The translations under genes and the position numbers were made by a program. Below are positions 9,488-21,400 of a DNA stretch of 64,000 bases, in pieces (positions within the stretch are counted from its first letter, which is position 1; every line of letters begins with the position of its first letter). The stretch comes from Podarcis gaigeae (taxonomy: Eukaryota). The notes under the pieces were generated by a model. The model saw only the letters and a list, made by a program, of their open reading frames with translations. It did not search any database and was not told where the DNA came from. The DNA is taken from the NCBI GenBank assembly GCA_964106915.2, contig OZ066922.1; one strand, written 5' to 3'.

Positions 9488-12400
9488 GTATTATTTCTAT
9501 ACATTGTTAATATATAAGTATAGCATGAGTACAAAATGTTATATATGCTATACTGTATATAGAATATGTTACAGTCACCGCATTAAGCTAGCTTAGTTTT
9601 TAAAACAATTGTCTGTTTGCATTAAAGTGGGCTGGTGCACAGGATAAACTATGGTTTAAAGGTGAACGTGCAGTGGGCTGGTGCCCAGGATAAAATCTTG
9701 TACGTTTCACTTCTAATTTGTTAATCTTTAAGGTGCTATATGACACTTCCTTGTTTTTTCATCAAGAGATTAACACAGTTGCCCCTCTAGAAATCCTATA
9801 AATGCTTACTCAGAAGAATGTCCCATTGAATCTTAGAAAAGTGCTTACAGGATTTCACTTGAACCAAATCTCCACACCAGTTTAAGATTTGTTTTGTTCA
9901 GTAACGTAAGCCACTAGATGGAGTGATGAGCACACTGATGAACCAAACCCATTTGTCTTTAAAAATACTGGGCTTTTGTTACTTGAGGTAGCTTTGCTCA
10001 CCTAAAACTGCTATTAATTTGGTGGGACAGGATCCAAAAGGATGCACCCAAGGCCTAGAATTCTGTACCCCACCCCCCGTTATGAACAGTTACCTCCCCT
10101 ACAACATATGAAATTTCTCTGTTTCAGTATTAGCTTGCTGAATCATATGGGTGAAGCTGCCCACAAAATACAAGATTAGAGCCTGAGTATTATTGGTATC
10201 CATGTGTAATCATTTATAAAAGTGTGAAATTGAAGCAGTTGTAGATAATCAGTTGTATTGGATTAAGTGATGCTCAGAGTCGATCCATTTAGACCAATGG
10301 ATTTAAGTCATGACTAACTTAAATCTGTTGGTTTCAGTGGGTAACTCAGAGTATGACTTAGTTGGGTGCAAACAACTTTTTATGTAAATCAGGACAGTAG
10401 TACCCTTAGGTATGAATTTCTTTGGAGAATTGTCTTAAGTAACATGTTCTCAATTTTTTTAAGTGAAAGAAAAAGTTGCAGTTTGCTCCAATGCATCTAG
10501 GGTGGGGTGGATGGGTGTGTAAGCAGATAGTGACATGCACATCCCTTGTCAGGTTGGTGTGTGTGCTACACAATTTATTGCACATACACTGGTTTTGCAT
10601 GTACAGTTCCAGGCTTAATCCAGCTTTTGGGGTTAAATGCACAGTTCCCCTCACTGTCTTTGGAACCAAAAGTACAGCTCATAACACTTGCTTAGAGATG
10701 GAGGGAAAATAAATTGAATCCAGCCCACACTCTCCTCTTCCCACCAGATATCAGTTGACATTGATATCAGTCTTGATTGGCAGGTAGTAATGTTCACTTC
10801 TGGATTTGAAGCATGGAATGTTAAACTAAGATGCTAGGATGATGTAACATACTGGAGTAGTCTAGGTAGTTCGTTTTTCACTTGTCAGCAGTTGACGCTA
10901 GCTTTTTTAAAAATTAATCCTTGAGTAGGGTTTTTGGAAAATTCTATTTTGAAACACGGGTATATAAGAGATGGCTGAAATAATGATAGGTTATATTTAT
11001 ATACCTAGTTGATGTCTTGTTACTAGGTAAGCGATTCATGCAGTTTGCATGCTAATCTCACAACAAATGAAAATAGAATTATAATGTGTTTGGCATTTAT
11101 GAGTCTCCTCCACATTTTCTCCTCCAAATGCATGCACCCATTGAGTTATTTATTGATAACGGCTTTCTTTCTGCCTTTAGGTCAATTGCAAAAATCTTAG
11201 AAAATCTGACATTTGTCATTTATGATGTATGTCATTCATTTTCACTTTGCCTGACAGAAAAGATCTGTGGAAATTTCCAAGTAGATTTCCCTACTCCTTT
11301 GGGGCAGGGGTTCTGTTCGGGGCCCCCACATGTTGGCAGAACCCATGCAAAGCATTCTACCCCACTCCTGTTCCACCCTTTTAGTGATATTTTAGGGTAA
11401 CGTCTGTGTTCAGCGCTGTGTGCGCGCCGATTGGGCACACATCAGTCGGTCGTTGCCTGTACAATAAACTAATTGTTGTTGTTGTTTAGTCGTGTCCGAC
11501 TCTTCGTGACCCCATGGACCAGAGCACGCCAGGCACCTCTGTCCTCCACTGCCTCCCGCAGTTTGGTCAAACTCATGCTGGTAACCTCGAAAACACTATC
11601 CAACCATCTCGTCCTCTGTCGCCCCCTTCTCCTTGTGCCCTCCATCTTTCCCAACATCAGGGTCTTCTCCAGGGAGTCTTCTCTTCTCATGAGGTGGCCA
11701 AAGTACTGGAGCCTCAGCTTCACGATCTGTCCTTCCAGTGAGCACTCAGAGCTGATTTCCTTAAGAATGGATAGGTTTGATCTTCTTGCAGTCCATGGGA
11801 CTCTCAAGAGTCTCCTCCAGCACCATAATTCAAAAACATCAATTCTTCGGCGATCAGCCTTCTTTATGGTCCAGCTCTCAATTTCATACATCACTACTGT
11901 GAAAACCATAGCTTTAACTATACGGACCTTTGTTGGCAAGGTGACATCTCTACTTCTCAAGATGCTGTCTAGGCCTGTCATTGCCCTTCTCCCAAGAAGC
12001 AGGTGTCTTTTAATTTCGTGGCTGCTGTCACCATCTGCAGCGATCATGGAGCCCAAGAAAGTAAAATCTCTCACTGCCTCCATTTCTTCCCCTTCTATTT
12101 GCCAGGAGGTGATGGGACCAGTGGCCATGATCTTCGTTTTTTTGATGTTGAGCTTCAGGCCATATTTTGCGCTCTCCTCTTTCACCCTCATTAAAAGGTT
12201 CTTTAATTCCTCCTCACTTTCTGCCATCAAGGTTGTGTCATCTGCATATATGAGGTTGTTCATATTTCTTCCGGCAATCTTAATTCCGGCTTGGGATTCA
12301 TCCAGCCCAGCCTTTCGCATGATGAATTCTGCATATAAGTTAAATAAGCAGGGAGACAAAATACAGCCTTGTCGTACTCCTTTCCCAATTTTGAACCAAT

Positions 12401-15400
12401 CAGTTGTTCCATATCCAGTTCTAACTGTAGATTCTTGTCCCACATAGAGATTTCTCAGGAGACAGATGGTGATCAGGCACTCCCATTTCTTTAAGAACTT
12501 GCCATAGTTTGCTGTGGTCGATACAGTCAAAGGCTTTTGCATAGTCAATGAAGCAGAAGTAGATGTCTTTCTGGAACTCTCTAGCTTCCTCCATAATCCA
12601 GCGCATGTTTGCAATTTGGTCTCTGGTTCCTCTGCCTCTTCTAAATCCAGCTTGCACTTCTGGGAGTTCTCGGTCCACATACTGCTTGAGCCTTCCTTGT
12701 AGAATTTGAAGCATAACCTTGCTAGCGTGTGAAATGAGTGCAATTGTGCGGTAGTTGGAGCATTCTTTGGCACTGCCCTTCTTTGGGATTGGGATGTAGA
12801 CTGATCTTCTCCAATCTTCTGGCCACTGCTGAGTTTTCCAAACTTGCTGGCATATTGAGTGTAGCACCTTAACAGCATCATCTTTTAAAATTTTAAATAG
12901 TTCAGCTGGAATACCATCACTTCCACTGGCCTTGTTATTTGCAGTGCTTTCTAAGGCCCATTTGACTTCACTCTCCAGGATGTCTGGCTCAAGGTCAGCA
13001 ACCACACTACCTGGGGTATATGAGACATCTATATCTTTCTGATATAGTTCCTCTGTGTATTCTTGCCACCTCTTCTTGATGTCTTCTGCTTCTGTTAGGT
13101 CCTTTCCACTTTTGTCCTTTATTATGGTAATCTTTGTACGAAATGTTCCTTTCATATCTCCAATTTTCTTGAACAGATCTCTGGTTCTTCCCATTCTACT
13201 GCTTTCCTCTATTTCTTTGCATTGCTTGTTTAAGAAGGCCTTCTTGTCTCTCCTTGCTATTCTTTGGAAATCTGCATTCAATTTCCTGTATCTTTCACTA
13301 TCTCCCTCGCATTTTGCTTGCCTTCTCTCCCCTGCTATTTGTAAGGCCTCATTGGACAGCCACTTTGCTTTCTTGCATTTCCTTTTCATTGAGATGGTTT
13401 TCGTTGCTGCCTCCTGTATAATGTTGCGAGCCTCCATCCATAGTTCTTCAGGCACTCTGTCCACCAAATCTAAATCCTTAAACCTGTTCCTCACTTCCAC
13501 TGTGTATTCATAAGGGATTTGATTTAGATTGTATCTTACCGGCCCAGTGGTCTTTCCTACTTTCTTCAGTTTAAGCTTGAATTTTGCTATAAGAAGCTGA
13601 TCATCTGAGCCACAGTCAGCTCCAGGTCTTGTTTTTGCTGAATGTATAGAGCTTCTCCATCTTTGGCTGCAGAGAATATAATCAATCTGATTTCGATGCT
13701 GCCCATCTGGTGATGTCCACGTGTAGAGTCGTCTCTTGTGTTGTTGGAAAAGCGTGTTTGTGATGACCAGCTTGTTCTCTTGACAGAACTCTATTAGCCT
13801 TTGCCCTGCTTCGTTTTGATCTCCAAGGCCAAACTTGCCAGTTTTTCCTTTTATCTCTTGTCTCCCTACTTTAGCATTCCAACCCCCTATAATGAGAAGA
13901 ACATCTTCTTTGGTGTCACTTCTATAAGGTGTTGTAAGTCTTCATAGAATTGGTCAATTTCAGTTTCTTCAGCACCAGTAGTTGGTGCATAAACTTGGAT
14001 TACTGTGATGTTAAAAGGTCTGCCTTGGATTCGTATCGAGATCATTCTATCATTTTTGAGATTGCATCCCAGTACAGCTTTCACCACTCTTTTGTTGACT
14101 ATGAGAGCCACTCCATTTCTTTTACGGGATTCTTGCCCACAGTAGTAGATATGATGGTCATCCGAACTGAATTCGCCCATTCCCGTCCATTTTAGTTCAC
14201 TGATGCCCAAGATGTCAATATTTATTCTTGTCATCTCATTTTTGACCACCTCCAACTTACCCAGGTTCATGGTTCTTACATTCCAGGTTCCTATGCAATA
14301 TTTTTCTTTACAGCATTGGACTTTCCTTTCGCTTCCAGGCATATCCGCAACTGAGCGTCCTTTCGGCTTTGGCCCAGCCGCTTCATCAGCTCTGGATCTA
14401 CTTGTACTTGCCCTCCGCTCTTCCCCAGTAGCATGTTGGACGCCTTCCGACCTGAGAGGCTCATCTTTCAGCGTCATAACTTTTATATGCCTGTTGTCTT
14501 TGTCCATGGAGTTTTCTTGGCAGGGTTACTGGAGTGGCATGCCGGTTCCTCCTCCAGGTGGATCACATTTGGTCAAAACTCTCCACTATGACCTGTTCAT
14601 CTTGGGTGCCCTGCTCGGCATAGTTCATAGCTTCTCGTGAGTTCTTCAAGCCCCTTCGCCACGGCAAGGCAGTGATCCATGAAGGGGAATTATGTCAGAG
14701 TTTCTTGGCTATTTAATAGTGCAGGAGGGGTTTTTTATTTGGCCCATGATACATGCTGAGGGGAAGTTTTGGTTTGTTGTCATTGGGAGATCCCCCCCCC
14801 CTTTGCTAATTGCAGCATGGGGGAGAGATCAGTTATGGATGTAAGGGAAAAACTTCGGCTTGCCATGCTGTCCAGATAAAAATGATGAGTTTGTGCAATT
14901 TTTTAAACAAATACATCTGTATTTTTAAACAAATACATCTGATGTAATTAGCAGTAATGCATTTGGCATCACATGTAGTTGGCCCTAAAAGTAATTGTTT
15001 CATTATGTTAGTAAACTCCGAATGCCATAACATCTAGCAAAAAGACTATTTTTAATGTAAACCTGTGAATATGTAGATTTTTCTGTTTGGGTTGCTGAGA
15101 ATTTTTGCTAGAGTGTTTGCTAGAATTTAGAACACTTTCTAAATTAAGTATTTTGTTTTGCTAGAATTCTCCAAGTGCCAGCTGCCTATTCCCCTATTGA
15201 TCCAGATGCCCCTCCAAACTTGTCTGCATATTTCATGAAAAAGTGTAACTTCCAATATGTCCTTGTGGAGAAAGACAGAGTTGATGTAAGTGCAAAAGCT
15301 TTCAACATGTTTTAATTGGGATATTAAAATGAGATTTTGAATTACACCTCACCTTTCATTTATCAAACATACAGCTTAATCTTACTTGTTTTATTAGAAA

Positions 15401-18400
15401 TCACCCTGCTGAGTTCAGTGGGATGTACTCCTAAGTAAAAATCTTTGGGATAGTGATGGCATCAACTTGGATGACTTGCAAAGAGAATAAGACGATCAGT
15501 GACTACTAGTCTTAGTATACCTTGTGTTGTCGGTTGCATGCCTCTTTACACCAGTTTCTGGGAGAACTCTTTGTACAAGTGGGGAAGGCTACAGTTTGCT
15601 CAGTTCCTTTTCATGGGTTTCCCATAGGCACCTGGTTGGGCACTGTGGAAAACAGAATTCTGGCCTAATTGGGTCTTTGGTCTGGTCCCGCAAGGCGTTT
15701 AGGTTCTTATTGCAGTTGAATGCTTATTTGCTTAGTTTTAAAACCCAGTCACCTTCATTTTTATATGTAAACCTCGCATAATACATACACATTAATTTGT
15801 ACATCTGTTTAGAAAATGAAAATTGGCCTATTGAGGATGGAAAGAATCAACAAAATTCAAAACCTTATTAAACTAGTATACCTGGAAGTAAATTCCAAGG
15901 AACTCACTGGGCTGTTGCAAACTCCTGGTTTGTCTACTTGTTGTGGAGTACTTCTTAGGGTGCACCCTTAGGGTTAAAATGTCTCATGCTTTTCAAGTCA
16001 GATTAGGTATCCCAAATTTCTTATTACTTTAGAAAGGTTTTTATTTGTCATAGGAGTACACTGTAGAGAAAAGAACAACAGTATTTGCACACGAGTATTA
16101 TTCAATTAAAACCATTCTTTCTCTCTTTCAGAAATTCACAGTAGCACATGGGCATTTGTTCTGCCATAATTCCTTTGAAATACCAAAAGTTGGTTTGATT
16201 CTTTTCCAGAGGAAGGGCAGTAATATTGAACATTTAAACAATAACAATGAAAGTTACGCCGTGCCAAGTGGCTTAGAGACACCAGCCTTGGACCAGCTTG
16301 AGACAAAACCATTCAAAGACCTGCTGGATGTCAGACAGCAATGTTCCATAGCATATATTTTACATACATCTGGAACAACAGGGATCCCTAAAATTGTCCG
16401 GGTACCTCACAAATGTATACTGCCAAATATTCTTCATCTTCGGTAAGTGCTTTTTCCCAAAAAAACTTTCATAGACTTTTAAAGATAAAGGTGACTAGCT
16501 AGAGGCCAGGTTGATTGGTTGGTTATTTATTTATTTATTTATTTATTTATTTGCTTTCATTTATAGCTTGTCTTTTTAACGGGATCAAAGTCAGCATACC
16601 TGATGACTTTCTGCCATAGCTGTCACCAAATTTTGCTTGTAGTAAATATTCAGAATTCAGAACTTGTATCAGAATAACACCATGTTTTTTGCCTGACTTC
16701 ATTTATGTAATGGTTCTAGGGCGGGGGTTGGCAACCTGCGGCTCCAGAGCCGCATGTGGCTCTTTAAAGCCTTTGCTGCGGCTCCGGGGAGGAGGCGAGG
16801 GGAGGGGAGGAGGCGAGGAGTGGAGGCGAGGGGAGGAGGCGAGGGGAGGAGGCGAGGAGTGGAGGCGAGGGGAGGAGGCGAGGGGAGGAGGCGAGGCGAG
16901 GAGAGGAGGCGAGGGGAGGAGGCGGAGGAGTTAGTTGCCTGAAGCCCCTTTTTAAACTTAAGCAGGGGGAAGTTTGGTGAATTGTTCTTTCCTTGGGGAA
17001 AGCAGGCTGCATTGAAAGGGGCCGTATACACTGGTCACTGTTTTGAAGGGGAGTGAAGAACACACACTCAAAAAAAGGTAACTTGTTAATTTTATTTCTA
17101 TGAGGAGGAGTAATTCTGAGGGGTCAAACAAATGAATAATAAAAAGGTATTTTTATAATGACGAATGCCTCATTATTAATTATTATTTACATCAGCCACT
17201 GATTATGATTTATGGTACACTGGGGCCCTGATTAATTTTCTATGGCATTTTGGGGCATTGATTATTGGGCATAGCAAGTTGCGGTCGCGTGGAATTTGTG
17301 CTTTGTGACTGTTTGAGGTGGGGTTTTTTTCTTGGGAGGCTGGGCGGCGCGAAGAGAGGGATTATTTTTATAATGACGAGGATGGCATTGGGCCCTCATT
17401 ATTAATTATTATTTGCATCAGGCACTGATTATGATTTATGGTTTACTGGGGCCCTGGTTAATTTTCTGTGGCATTTTGTGGCATTGATTATTGGGCATAG
17501 CAAGTCGTGGTCGCGTGGAATTCCACGTGGAGTTAGTTGCCTGAAGCCCCTTTTTAGTTGCTTGAAGCCCCTTTTTAAACTTAAGCAGGGGAAAGTTTGG
17601 TGAAAGTTTGGTGAATTGCTGCCAAGGAGTGTGGTGGAGTCTCCTTCTTTGGAGGTCTTTAAGCAGAGGCTTGACAACCATATCTCAGGAGTGCTCTGAT
17701 GGTGTTTCCTGCTTGGCAGGGGGTTGGACTCGATGGAGTCCTGTCGATCTTCGGTTCCACATATGTATGTGAGCAGGTCTTCTCCAACATGAACTATATT
17801 AAAAACAAACACCGATCACGCCTCACAGATGACAGCTTGCAAGCCTGTGTGAAAATGAAGGTAACGTCTTACAGCCCTGATGTGCAGACACTGAGCACTG
17901 AGGTTCAGGAGCAAAAGTCCCATTAACCTGGTTACCTGGTTGTAAATTAAATATTTTAATTAGCTATTTGTCCTTTTTTCTTGAGATTGACAGCTGACTG
18001 CACGATCCTGTATATACAGCATTAAGGCAAGAAACAATATATACAGTGTTATATTTGTTTTAAATGTTGCAATGTTTTTGCGGCTCCCAGTTGTTGTTGT
18101 TTTTTTGGAAACGGGTCCAAGTGGCTCTTTTTGTCTTAAAGGTTGCAGACCCCTGTTCTAGGGGTTGCTCGTGCGTAAGTCGTTGCCACACCTGGCTGAG
18201 TTACCTGGGTGAACCCTTTCTGTCCGGACAGCCACTCATCCGTGGCTGTCTCAATCGCTGGCAGAATCCGTCAGTGGGCGTTTCTTGAACTTCTTCCAGC
18301 AAAGAAGTTCTTTGACGCCCAGTCTCCTCCTACTCTCCCTGCGTGGAAGTCTTCTGCGCAAGGAGGGTGTGGGCAGTGGAGGACCCGTGCTCTCCCCGCT

Positions 18401-21400
18401 GGTCTCCGGCGAGGAGTCATGGAGCCTCCTCACTGATTCCCCCATCTGCCCCCCTTCTCCACTGGTGCTACGCTGATTTCCTTCCCCCACAGATGGGCTG
18501 CCTCTCTCCCTCCTGGGACGCTCTCCGGCATCCCTCTGGAGCCCTCCCTCCTCCTCTGGCTCCGATGGCAGTTCCCTGACAATTTAACTCTAGGTTTGTT
18601 TTTTAAATGAGTTTGGTGGTAGTTTGTGTGTGCTCTGATAGCATGCTTGTAATTAATATTTAACATTGTCAGGGTGGTGAAAGTTTGGCATATTTTGGAC
18701 ATAAAGTATACCTATATATGCATACTGAATAGAAAGTGCCACTGAGTTTAGTGGGCCTTACTGTCAGGGAATTGGCTATGGGATTGCAGTATAAGTGACA
18801 GATGTCAAAATGTACATCTGTACAAACATAATGGCTCAGTTGACACTTAGACTAAACCGCAGTTTATGTGGAAGACCCTCCATGAATTCTAATGACCTGT
18901 TGGACTCACTCCACCACCCCCATCTCTCACAACAAGAAGGAGAGAACTTAATTTTACTATCAAAGAATCTCTGCTTAGCAAGTATTAACCAGGGATTTGG
19001 TTTAAAACAAGCAGTACTTAATTGTTAAGCAAGTAAACTTCAAACCATGGACAATGAAATGGGCTTTTTTCAGTAACCATTATAGTTTTAAGTAAAAATC
19101 CTTGGTTCATATGTAATGTTACGCCAAATTCTTTAAAAGTGAAACAAAATACTATAGACCTCCTCCTCATTGCACAGGGGAAGGTGGGAGTGGATGAGCC
19201 TGATGATTTGATCAGACTCATGGAAAGTCATCTACATAGCACTAAACCATAGTTAAGTGTTATGTGCAAACCTCAGCCATTGATTTATTTGTGATGGCAT
19301 GGTATGCTTGAACATTGCAAGAGTAAAACTACTGTACTGCAACTTCATACGCCTTGCAACAAATGTTGAGTTTTAGATCTGATGTCTCATTTGAGTACAG
19401 ATTTTCCCAGGAGAACCCTGTGTTTGCTGTTGGTTGATTTCCCAGTCCCCTTCAGCTTGACAAGGCTGTTAGAGAAATTGGTAATAAATGAAATATGAGC
19501 TCCCACAGGAATATGGACCTCTTTTTTAAAAAAATGAATTGTGCAGAAATTATTAGGAAGATTCCTTGTTCTTCTTTTTGTGGGCTTGTGTTTTTTACTT
19601 CCTTAATCAGCAGGTGTGTTGGGGGGGAAGAGACAACTGAAGATCCCAAATAATACGGGTGTATCACCCAAGCAATGCAGATACTTCCTAGACTGGTGTC
19701 TCTTGGGGCTGCTTCACACAATATTCATCACTTTATCCCACCAAGATTTAATACTACAAGCAGAATTCCATCACCTCTAATGCTGTGCTTTTGAAAGAAG
19801 TTAGTTGGCAGTAATCGAGTGTAAAAAACCCAAACCAAACCAAGTGATGGATGGGTAAAACATCCCCTGGAAAATTGGGAATTTTTTTGGTATATGGTAT
19901 TTCAGCTAGTTATTTAACTGCATCTGCAATTTTCAGAGTAAGAAGTAAATATCTATTGTTGATTTTGAAGATAGATAATCTTGGCATGTTGCTTTCATAT
20001 TAATCACAACCTATCTTTTAAAGATGTTTCTAATTGTCTTTAAAACTTTTATGTTTCCCCTCACCAACAGAATTTCTGTTTTTCAAGAGCTTTGTTGTAA
20101 TTCCAGTTGATTTCTTGGATGCCCTGCTTTCATAACACAAATAATAAACCATATGTTTCTTATGGGTGAATTAAGCCATTTTGAGTTCTTAAAAAAAAAA
20201 AGCAAAAAGCACAGGCAGCCTTGAAGAAACACTTTAGTTTTTGTATTCTTTTCTTCATTTCAGTTTATTTCCTAACATGGTGTACTCATTATTTTTCTTC
20301 CTTATCTGCTTGACCTGGTTTTTATTTTGGACCATTAAGAACATTTTGGATGTAATCCAGCAATGTTAGGTGCTTTTAGGTTTCATTTATTTTTCTCCCA
20401 TTCAAATACATGGAATTTGAAAGCGCTCGGCTTTGGCTGGATTGTACCCTACAGCAGTCAATTGCGCCCTGCCTTTTGTGATAGCAGCATTTCAGGATCT
20501 GCCACAATCACATAGAAAGTTGGCTGAGCTGAGGGTTTGCTGGGTGAGGAGTACAGAACACTCCCCATGGCCACAGATTTGCTTTACCTGCCCACAGCCC
20601 CTCTCCCCAGACACTTTCCCCCAAATGAGTGCTCTGATACCAGATGCGACTATGACTAAGGGGGAAAAGCTTGGGGGGGGGGGAGTAACTACAAGGAGAC
20701 AAGCTATTGGTGGGACAGGAAGAATTTGACTACAGTCACCCACCATGTCCCTTTAAAATTAACCTCATTCTGTGCTGGGTTTGTTTAATTTTACAACATT
20801 TTATTGTGCTTTGGGATTTCCCTGCAATTAAAGTAAAATCAATTGCAAACCTTCCAGTTTCATGTTGAGTTTTATTTTTAAAAGAAGTCTAGGAAACATT
20901 CTAGGTTATAGAAAATAATTATTCAAGCTTGACAGATTTTAAACAAAGATATATCCTGTCAGAGCTCGAGAACAAGAAGACCTAAGGGAGAGAGAAAACT
21001 GGACCCACAGAATAATTGAATAGTCCAGGTGGAGGAAATGAAAGTGGGTAGGGGGCAGTCGAGCATTTTCAACTTGTCATGCCCTCTTATACTGGTGGGA
21101 GGGGGTGTCATTGGCCTGTTTGATGCCTGCATGATTCTGTACATTTCCATTGTTAGATATGTGGGGGGTCTATCTGTGAAATTGCTAGTTTTGGATTCCA
21201 AAATGCATGCGATGGTTGAAGAGGTATTTGTGTGTCTTTTTTCTTTAGAGATGTATTTAAGATTACACCAGAGGATACAGTGTTTATGGCCTCTCCCCTG
21301 ACATTTGATCCATCTGTAATTGAGCTGTTCATTGCTCTGGCAAGTGGGGCTTCCCTGCTTATAGTTCCTAACCTGATTAAAATGATGCCACAGGACTTGT

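Larger units (their letters stand above)
16722..18155 (+). mobile_element. Non-autonomous hAT (Charlie/Buster-type) DNA transposon with C-terminal transposase remnant
   Basis: Perfect 8-bp TSD TTCTAGGG (16714-16721, 18156-18163); TIRs CGGGGGTTGGCAACCT / CAGGGGTCTGCAACCT (13/16); 17736-17926 encodes IFGSTYVCEQVFSNMNYIKNKHRSRLTD, typical of the hAT dimerisation domain. Confidence 0.9.
16621..18581 (-). mobile_element. Putative solo LTR-like repeat split by a hAT insertion (pieces 16621-16721 and 18156-18581)
   Basis: TGTCA at 16621 and TGACA ending at 18581; purine-rich minus strand; the hAT TSD lies inside it; no matching outer TSD. Confidence 0.4.

Noticed and set aside
11473-12447. 324-aa plus-strand ORF, and the ORFs at 13055-13513 and 14203-14640
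   Set aside because: Antisense frames of the Bov-B reverse transcriptase and endonuclease.
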